Origin: Octopus vulgaris | Lineage: Eukaryota | Assembly: GCA_951406725.2 (NCBI GenBank) | Contig: OX597821.1 | Span: 61,814,001 to 61,878,000, forward strand | Reading direction: 5' to 3' | DNA length: 64,000 bases | Shown: in pieces, positions 54,993-64,000 of the stretch | How positions within the stretch are numbered: the stretch's first letter is position 1 | Layout of the letters: each line of letters starts with the position of its first letter | Notes under the pieces: model-generated | What the model was told of the DNA's origin: nothing | The model's input: only the letters and a program-made list of their open reading frames with translations | Databases searched by the model: none | Translations under genes and position numbers: made by a program

Positions 54993-55339
54993 CTACAAGC
55001 AGCAGATGAAGAAGAAGCGGAAGAATGGACGTACTATAAGAAGCTCTCTCCACAAAACAAAATCAGTCCAATCACGTCGGTACGATGGAACGAAGTCTTC
55101 GCAATAAAACTGTGGGAAATTTTCTGTTAAAGCAGAGGAGCTAATAAAAAACAACATCGACGTACATTTAGAATTCCTCTTCCCAAAGCAAACTCAATAC
55201 AATAGCATCAGTGCGATGGAAGGAAAACTTCGCAATACAATTGTGGGAAAAGTTCTGTTAAAGCAGAGGAAGTAAAAACACTTTTGTCATACAATATGTT
55301 GTTTCTTTCTTAAATGTACGATATCTTAAGGCAACATAC

Positions 55340-55970
55340 GCGAGAAGTCGATACTAGCACCACGAAGGAACAACAAATTTTCTCCCAAAACCTGATGACA
55401 AGAAATCCAAAGAATTACCGAATAACATCTCTCAATACCACCTACAAGATCCTCACATCCATATCAACTGACAGAATATACGCTTTCCTTGAACAGAGAT
55501 CTAACCCGCCTCAAGCTCAAAGAGGCTGCAAAAAGAATGTTCATGGTGCAAAGATCAAATGCTCATAAGTGACATAATTGTGGAGAATTGCTGGAGCAAA
55601 AAAGAAGTACCTCAGTATGTCATGAATAGACTGCAGGAAAGTGTTTAATAGTGTCCCACGTAACTGGATACTCAACGACCTTGAGATATATAAGATCTTT
55701 CCTGTCATCTCCAAATACTTGCAAGGTAGCATGGCCATAGTAATGGGATGAGCCAAACTAACAACATCAACATCAAACGAGGCATCTTTCAAGGTGACTC
55801 CCTCTCCCCATCACTCTTCTGCATGGCACTGATCCCACTCTCAAACGAACTAAATAACACCAGGTATGGGATCAAATCTTACAATAAGACTATGAACCAT
55901 CTGTTTTATATGGACGAGCTGAAACTGTTTGTTAGAAATGACGAAGAGCTAGTTGGGTTGCTAACAACCC
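55340..55970 (+). mobile_element. R4/Dong-like RT internal fragment (pseudogene)
   Basis: PKNYRITSLNTTYKILT, QRGC, IDCRKVFNSVP, RGIFQGDSLSPSLFCMALIPLS, NHLFYMDELKLF. Confidence 0.88.
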
Positions 55971-56600
55971 CACTATATATTTGGCTAATCAAAATTCAAA
56001 CCAAACAATCTGCTATAATATTTTAAATATATAAATACTACGTTGCCATACTCTGCAAGTAACTCTTAATTTCATAAGCATGTTTTACTACGGACTTCTT
56101 GATTAATGTTTACTCTCGTTCAGTTGCAGTGATTAAGCTATTTCATACATAGTTAATAGATTTTGATAAAGCCCATGCGATATACATCGCATTGATATAC
56201 TTTTATATTTTACGCTTAGTTATGAACTAACACATCGATAACTTCGTCTATTAATAAAGTGAAAAACAGTAGATTTAACGGAGAAGATAAAAGTAATTTG
56301 GCAATAAAACGTAATGGTGTCTCTGTCGATGTCAGAATAGTTAATCTTAGTTTACATTGCTAGCATTGTTTAAATGAATATCTAGAATATTCTGAAGAAC
56401 TCAAAAGATGTCTGCACTTGTTTTCCATTAAAAAAACGTGGGATATTATTGAAAACACATGTTCTAGCGAATCTATTGTTTTGCATACACAAAAATAAAG
56501 TGACGGTCTCTTATGTGAAGAATATTGTGATTATGTTTTTCACCCACAAATTAATGTGATTCACTTGTTTGTGGAAAATGCACCATATAATTTAAACCAT

Positions 56601-56673
<73 letters not shown>

Positions 56674-56738
56674 TAAATTAGATATAAAACCACTATTAGG
56701 CAAATCAAACAGTGAAAATCATAAACCAATACAATATA

Positions 56739-56794
<56 letters not shown>

Positions 56795-58610
56795 TATGTA
56801 GATCAACTGGACTGGATTTCGCTTATAACCACCCTTGGCAGAGAGGACATAGTCCTGAATGAATAATTCAGAGTTTAAGTTCAATTCATTAAACCATTAC
56901 TTCGTGTAATAGCTCTCACTTAATGTCTGTCTGTCTATTTATCTCTCTCCATCTAACACACAAACATCTCCCCACATACACTTAGAGAGAGATACAGAGT
57001 GAGAGATGCATATATATATGTAAATGTATATGTATGTACGCATTTAAGTGTATATTTGTGCGCTCATCTGTGTGCATATGTATGTTCTTTTATGCTTTTA
57101 TTTACGCCCGCCATTGTTTAAGCTGGCCACAACACGGAAGAGGTTAATCGATAATATCTTTATGTATTCTATTCCTCGCTTTTTTCTGGAAGAGCGAAAT
57201 TCCACCGTCGGAAGCAAACAAAAGCTATAAACAATCTCTTCTCTCTCTCTCTCTCTCTCTTGTTCTCGCTAACTCATTCACAAACATACATGCACGTGCA
57301 TAATCACACACACATTCACTCACCCATACGGCGCTTACACACCTATATTCTCCTACAAAAATACACATACACGAATATACATATGTACAAAAGAAGCTGC
57401 CAGTCATCATTGGCCCACCTCTATAGCCATTATTTTATCCTTGACTCTTCTCAAAATATATGGACAACAGGATAATTTCTGGAGATTTTCAACCAATGTC
57501 AAGATGCTATATCTGCTTTTGGCCTAGCTTGGCTTGAGAGTTTGTTCCCTATTCTACACGGTCATGGATTTGAACAGGATTGTGTATTCACCCCAAAGCT
57601 CCTTCTATTATTTCGGGTTGTTGTCCTTTAAAAGATTGTAAGTGAGCACAAAATAGCTGAGTATATCCGCAGAAGACTTGATGACGGATTGCTCAATATA
57701 TGTAGACTAAGATATACCGAAAATTGCCGGCTTATGTGTACTCGCATAGGTTTCTTCGTTGGTAACTTAGTTCTAGCGGCTCAATCCGTATAGGATACTA
57801 GAAAATTACACACCGGATTGAATGCACGGTGTCAGCTTTCGGTTAATCAACAAATGTAAAACAGACTAGGAATACTGAGTGAAGTAACTAATCTCTGATA
57901 ATCTTGACTATAAGCCAGCCTCTAATTAAGGCAAAACTCCATATATTGGGATACTAGGATTTCTGACGGCAACAACCTGGATGTAGAAGTGGATGATTAC
58001 TTACATTCAACTAAGGTTGTATTCGGATAAGTCAAAGAATAACTGTAACAATAACGTTAAAAATATTGCCACCAAAATGCAAAGTTTATGTAGAAGGCAA
58101 AAATAACTTCTTTTTTTTGTTTTCGTCTAAGACCTACACGCCTCATTATCAGTATATCAGATATATTAGATCAACTGTTAGATCAACTAGATATAATCTA
58201 TATTCAAGCTTTCGAATCAGTACGTCCTGTAGAGTGGAAATACACTTCGTGATATGTCTCTGCAGATAAATTCGCAGGTGTGAAGTGTGGATCATGTGGT
58301 AAATATGGAAGACTCAGGAATGTTAAAAGTTGAGCTCTTTTAGTATGCTAAATTGTGGAAGTCGTCGAAGAAGGTGCTCGAAAATCTGCCTTAAAGATTT
58401 CATCAAACAACATCACAATTCAGTGGCAGATCGTTATGAAATTACATGGAAAAAGATAGCGTTAATTGCAAAGAAGAGAAAAAGGTTATAAGAAATGCTG
58501 TAAATAATGCAATGTTAATTTTCCTGGGACAACAGAGAAAAGAATAAAAAATTTGGAACCATTTCACAGGCACTACATTACTTAGGCTCAGGACCCTGCC
58601 AGTACGTTTG

Positions 58611-58642
<32 letters not shown>

Positions 58643-58670
58643 GGAAAAAAGCAACAAGAATGGATTAAAA

Positions 58671-58758
58671 TCTCGGTACGATCGTTTCGTACGAGGACAT
58701 CTTTAATAAGCTACAAAAAATGCAGTGAATACAGATGGCTCGTACTCGTCAGCCGAAA
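58671..58758 (-). ncRNA. Canonical type I hammerhead ribozyme with extended helix II
   Basis: Reverse complement: tttcgg CTGACGA gtacgag-[43 nt]-ctcgtac GAAAC gatc GTA ccgaga. All core nucleotides are canonical, G10.1-C11.1, 7-bp perfect helix II base, palindromic helix III ACGATCGT, GUA cleavage triplet. Confidence 0.88.
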
Positions 58759-58779
58759 AAATATCAGAGAATTCCCAAA

Positions 58780-58830
<51 letters not shown>

Positions 58831-58947
58831 GTCTGTATGTGTGTGTCTGCGTGAGGACATACGTGTATGTTTCTATATGAAGTTATATGAATATATGTAT
58901 GTGCATGTAGTGTGCGCGTGCGTGTGTGTGTACGTGTGTGTGTGTGT

Positions 58948-59002
<55 letters not shown>

Positions 59003-59397
59003 GCTAATTAACGTCTATGAAAGGTGTTCACAATATTCAAATTTTTACTCGGAGTTTTCCATTTCAGATCTCTGGGTACAGCAAAACAACTACGCAAAGT
59101 ATTCGTAAAATATCACAAACGATGAACGAATATGAATTTATATCTAATACTTATTAGATGAAAGTTTACAGAGATTTAAAAAGGAAGAGGTGAGATTTAG
59201 CGATGTATGAACGTTCTGAAGGGTATACACTGATCAAGAATAAGAGAAACAAATGAATAAAGGTTGTTGTAACGGGATGTTTTTAAGAGTAAGAGGCGAA
59301 AGATGAGAACTCGAAATACGATGGCATATGGAAATAGAGCTTCAGAAATGCGGCGAAATATTTCCATAGTTAGCTCAATAAGCACAGCGAAAACGAT

Positions 59398-59429
59398 TAA
59401 TAATAATAGCGATAATAATAATAACAATG

Positions 59430-59499
<70 letters not shown>

Positions 59500-59531
59500 T
59501 AATAATAATGATAATAATAATGATAATAATG

Positions 59532-59583
<52 letters not shown>

Positions 59584-59596
59584 TAATAATAAAAAC

Positions 59597-59658
<62 letters not shown>

Positions 59659-59661
59659 GAA

Positions 59662-59692
<31 letters not shown>

Positions 59693-59722
59693 AAGAAGAA
59701 GAAGGAAAGGAAGGAAGGAAGG
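59398..59722. repeat. Compound (AAT/GAT)n-(AAG)n microsatellite
   Basis: Seen directly in the sequence. Confidence 0.95.
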
Positions 59723-60949
59723 TGATGATTGAAAGCAGAAGAATTGTAGTAAAGAAAATAATGATGAAGAAGAAGAAGAAAAATTATAAGAAGCACACAA
59801 GAGAAAGAGAAAGAAAACTGAGGTGTTAATGATTTCTGGCAGAAGGCACGTATGACATTAAACGTAAAGTCAGGACGTGCAAAAGGAAATAGAAATAATA
59901 AAAGTCTATAAACACAATCTGGTAGAATTTGCAGCGGACTAAACCATCCAGCTATGGTTCTCATCCTTCATTTGTTTGATGTATTTTCTACTCGAAATGT
60001 TTTTCTTTGATTTTGTTTCTAACTTGCTCAAGGTTTGATCTAAATATAAGAATTATTGATTTTCTTGAAAGCACACATCGTACTACATGCCTTCAAAACT
60101 ATTACCTCCTATAGCAGATGAAGTCTATTAAATAGTGATATTGAACCATCTCAACGGAATACGTTCGATCTCCACTGTTATTATTTCTGTTGACTTGTTA
60201 TTATTCACTATTGTTATTAATTTGCTGTACTGAAAAGTGTTTTGTACATTTTTAATAAGGAGTTTCTCATTTGCATCGCATGAATTTCTTACGTAATATC
60301 TTTAGTTTTGTATGTTTGCGCGCACCACGCTTACTTTGAGATTCAGTCGCCATCGATATTCTATTAAAATTTCATTTTGTTGTTGGTGTTCGTCAAAGAA
60401 GCGAGAAATTCGGAGCAATTATTTGCTAGGGTTTCATTTGTAGACATTCAATATATAACAACGATTACACACACGCACACACAAAGTAAGTACTCTCACA
60501 CGCATCGTGCTTTGAGCATGTTTGTGTATGAATATATTTACAAATATATATGCGTACATAAATAGTTATGTATGCATATAAAAGATATGTGTAGTTCTAC
60601 AATACGGAGAAACACTTTGTGTTCAAACAGCTCTATATATTATATATAGAAATAGGTTGAATTAAAATTGTACCAATCATAACATATGTGGGAACAACAG
60701 CAGTCGTTTATGATATTGATATAAAGGGGGATGACTAGGAACATCTCCCTCCATATACATAGAGTTTGGGGAAACATATTTCTGCAATTGGGGATACACA
60801 TATAGAAAATATAATCTTACTCTGTGTCCAATATTGTGATTTTTGTAACTATTCATAATGTTCCTATTGTTTACGAGCGTTGATGACTCAGTTTCAGTAA
60901 AATATATCATTTTAGATGAATTTGAATGATAAATGTTCTATCCTTATAC

Positions 60950-61430
60950 TGAAATGCAAAGCTTATTCTTATACGTTTAAAATATGTTTTGTCTATTGCC
61001 TTACTCCCATTATTTCTAAGTGTATGGACATTCCATTAAAAATTTCCCCCCACCTTTTCCTTCTACTGAATTGCATTGTTTATTATATTCAATGGCTTTC
61101 GTAAAGCGACTAGATTCCTTCATATTGTTATAACACATTCGCATTTCTTTTAAATGCTCATCCATCAGTCGAGAACGTATAAATTTGTTTGTCCGGTATA
61201 TGAGCAGATTCGTAGGAATACAAATTGTTCGACTAGTTTCATTGTCTACATATATCATAAAATCGTTAGGTTTCATGAATAGCTTGAAAACCCCTTAATT
61301 CACATTTTTGTTCATTACCCAAATAAATTTGTGGATATTAAAATACTACCTTCCATTTTCAGCTCTTGGCAGCTCGCACCATTTTCAACAACACGAGTCA
61401 TACAAATCTTCAAACGGAGCATACAGGCAT
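60950..61430 (-). mobile_element. Decayed Penelope-like GIY-YIG remnant
   Basis: Reverse complement: C..R..ENGASCQEL, MIYV, YTGQTN / FIRSRLMDEHLKEMR across a frameshift. Confidence 0.5.
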
Positions 61431-61769
61431 ACATATATTTCTCCTAGTATCTTTGTCTAGAGGTAGGAGAGCATTTATATTTTAGGGTTCACAGGCCTAT
61501 AGAATTTAATATATCAGAGAAAAATAAATTAAAAGCATAAATGGTTTATTTGAGTGAAAAAAAGTAAACATTCATACAAGACGTAAATATTCTGTTTTAT
61601 ATCCACTAAGCACCTACATTGTTGGGCAAGAGATCTGAGATATGAAACAAGTATAGAAGGATAGCGAAAGACTATTCATGGACGCATAGAGAAAATCTAC
61701 TTACACAGTCTATTCAAGATATAATCAAATTTATACAGACATACGTACGTGTATACATACCCCCATATA

Positions 61770-61967
61770 TATAAAATAATATGTTACATTACTCAATAGT
61801 CAAGATAACCGAAGAAATGGTGTTGTGGATTTCCATTTCGGCATCTGAAACTCAGAGTTTTATCTTGACTATTGAGTAATGTAACATATTATTTTATAGA
61901 TAAATTTCCTCTATTTACATAATATTGAGGTCTCTTTCTTTCTTTTGTTATCTCACCGTTTTTACCA

Positions 61968-61968
<1 letters not shown>
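61770..61968 (+). mobile_element. PLE-type terminus with perfect 39-bp inverted repeat enclosing an HHR-like core
   Basis: Arms 61770-61808 and 61860-61898. Loop CCGAAGA...GAAAC tcaga GTT. Ends in (TA)n. Confidence 0.7.
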
Positions 61969-62035
<67 letters not shown>

Positions 62036-62037
<2 letters not shown>

Positions 62038-62869
62038 GTTCCACACCAACTCTCCTGTCTTTAAAAAAATGTGGGTCTTAGAAATCTCCTTCTTAGAAAC
62101 TTCACAGCTCCCAGCTCCGCAAAACCAGGAATCTTTAAATGTTCTCGCCGACGATGTAACACATGCCCCTACATCAACAATATTATCACCATCACGGGGT
62201 CCAATAAGCAATATCATATAATACACCACTACTGGTGCAATTTGGCCAATCTCATATTGCATTGCATGCAAAGTCTGCGATGCGCTTTACATTGGAGAAA
62301 CAGGACGGCGTCTTGGGTATCGTATTCGCTAACACATCAGAATGATAACGCTTCGTATGCCAGGCCGACCTGTCGCCACACGCTTCAACACTTTGAATCA
62401 TTCTATTGCATATTTATCAGTGTGTGGTATGGCATTGCACTACGGATCCCCCTTCTTCAGGAAACGAAAAAGCAACATCTCATATTTGATCTTGGTATTA
62501 TGTCCACAAAAAGGTATGAATTAACGTTTTTCCTTTCATCCTTTTACCTCCTCTTAATTCGTCTTTACCCTTTTTAATCCTCCTTCCACACTCTCTCTGC
62601 GACATTCTCGTATTAACTTACCTCTACTCTCTCCATCTTTTTCCTCCTCCTATCTGCACGCCATCTCCTATAACTTCTGTTTCACATCAGCAGCCCGCGT
62701 TATTCTGCGATCATTATGAGTTGCTGGCAGTTTTTCAAGCTGGGAGGATGTAAACTCTGCTTGACTTTATTCTCCTTTTCTTCTCTTTCAATGCTTTCTG
62801 ATGAATGATTGAATCCGAAACGTTGTATATTCCACTCCTCATAGCAAGTTCATTTCTTTCCATATTTTT
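62036..62869 (+). mobile_element. 5'-truncated Penelope-like element (GIY-YIG, 3' UTR with HHR motif)
   Basis: PGIFKCSRRRCNTCPY, ANLIYCIACKVCDALYIGETGRRLGYR (other frame). ctgatgaatgattgaatccgaaacgtt at 62798-62824. Confidence 0.9.
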
Positions 62870-62882
62870 ACACAGACACACA

Positions 62883-62930
<48 letters not shown>

Positions 62931-62976
62931 TATATACACACATATCCATACACACATACACACACACATATATATA

Positions 62977-63330
62977 CAGGAAACATAGGAGTTGGAAATA
63001 CACCGAGAATAGTTAAAATATTTTTATTAATATATTTAAAGCTTTAACCGGTTTCACACACACATACACATAGACACACACTCACATATAAATATACAAG
63101 AAAAATAAGAGTTCGAAATACACTGAGAATAGTTAAAATATTTTTTATTATTAATATATTTAAAGCTTTAACCAGTTTCCCAGCTTACACTGATTTTCAA
63201 AACGTTCAAATAGAAAGATGTGGCTTGTGTCACAGCTATCTTCCTTCTGACCTGTGTGTGAAGCTCGCCCTATTTTTATAGGCAGTTCATGGCACAAAGT
63301 TTTGAAGAGGGTTTGATTGGTAGAGGATAG
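62977..63330 (-). mobile_element. Tandem pair of HHR-bearing PLE-type termini
   Basis: 62977-63056 repeats at about 63097-63179. Reverse complement of 63166-63204: cgtt TTGAAAA tcag-tgtaag-ctgg GAAAC tg GTT aaag. Confidence 0.6.
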
Positions 63331-63540
63331 TCACATGAATATTCTTAGAAATTGTTGCAGGTTCCCCGCTACGTCCGTATGTTAGTATCAAATCGTATGC
63401 GAGGAATCATAAACGTATTATTACTGAGCTAGAAAAATATTGATTAGGGAGATGCGATCAAATTGGGAACCTGAAAAAATAAGTGTAGGTTTGGCCACAT
63501 ATACTCGAAAAGTGCTTTGTGAGAAATTTGTTAATCTGTA

Positions 63541-63850
63541 TAGGCGCAGGCATGGTTGTGTGTAAAGAAGCTTGCTGGTTCCACATGGTTCTGGGTTCAG
63601 TCCCACTGCGTGGCACATTGGGCGTGTATCTTCACATAGCCTCGGGCCGACCAAATCTCTATGAGTGGACTTGGTAGATAGAAACCCGTTATATATGTAT
63701 CTATATATGTGTGTCTTTATGTCTGTGTTTATTTTCCAGCACTGATTTACAACCGGTGCTGGGGTGTTTACATCCATGTATCTTAGTGTTTTAGCCAAAG
63801 AGAATCCAAAAACCAGGATGGCCGCAGTCAAATGATTGTAACCTGTAAAA
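63541..63850 (+). mobile_element. SINE family B, deleted
   Basis: taggcgcaggcatgg...gggttcagtcccactgcgtggcac...atggccgcagtcaaatga. Confidence 0.85.
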
Positions 63851-64000
63851 GATGGCAGATAAATTGGTAATGTGCGATAAATTTTGCTTTGCTCTTTGAA
63901 GAAGCTACTATAGTGATAAAAAATAAAAAAAAAAAACAAAGTTATTAGGTGAACTGCTTTGTGCAGCAATTTTTTGTGTGATAATTGATTCCGCGACTAA

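Noticed and set aside
57462-57495. AP-endonuclease motif DNRIISGDF
   Set aside because: A single short motif without other endonuclease motifs in frame, so insufficient support.

Overview
AT-rich, microsatellite-saturated eukaryotic DNA with no intact protein-coding gene that I can support, so it is intergenic or deep intronic. The repeat content resembles a coleoid cephalopod (Octopus-like) genome; that is recognition, not a search result. The window is a mosaic of: four tRNA-headed SINE families; 5'-truncated R4/Dong-like non-LTR retrotransposons sitting in (TAA)n and other trinucleotide tracts; Penelope-like elements (PLE, GIY-YIG remnants); a full-length but decayed cecropia-type mariner abutting a deleted maT/DD37D-like element; a pogo/Tigger-like MITE; and two tandem non-autonomous Helitrons. 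Two things stand out. First, there are several sequence-unrelated type I hammerhead ribozyme (HHR) motifs with palindromic helix III. One is fully canonical (58671-58758, minus strand), and two fold-back structures have junctions that coincide with HHR helix I or the cleavage site. Second, a 2.9-kb 21-22-bp satellite with higher-order repeats lies inside the 3' subterminal region of a Helitron. All alignments and folds were done by eye, and boundaries of decayed elements are approximate.
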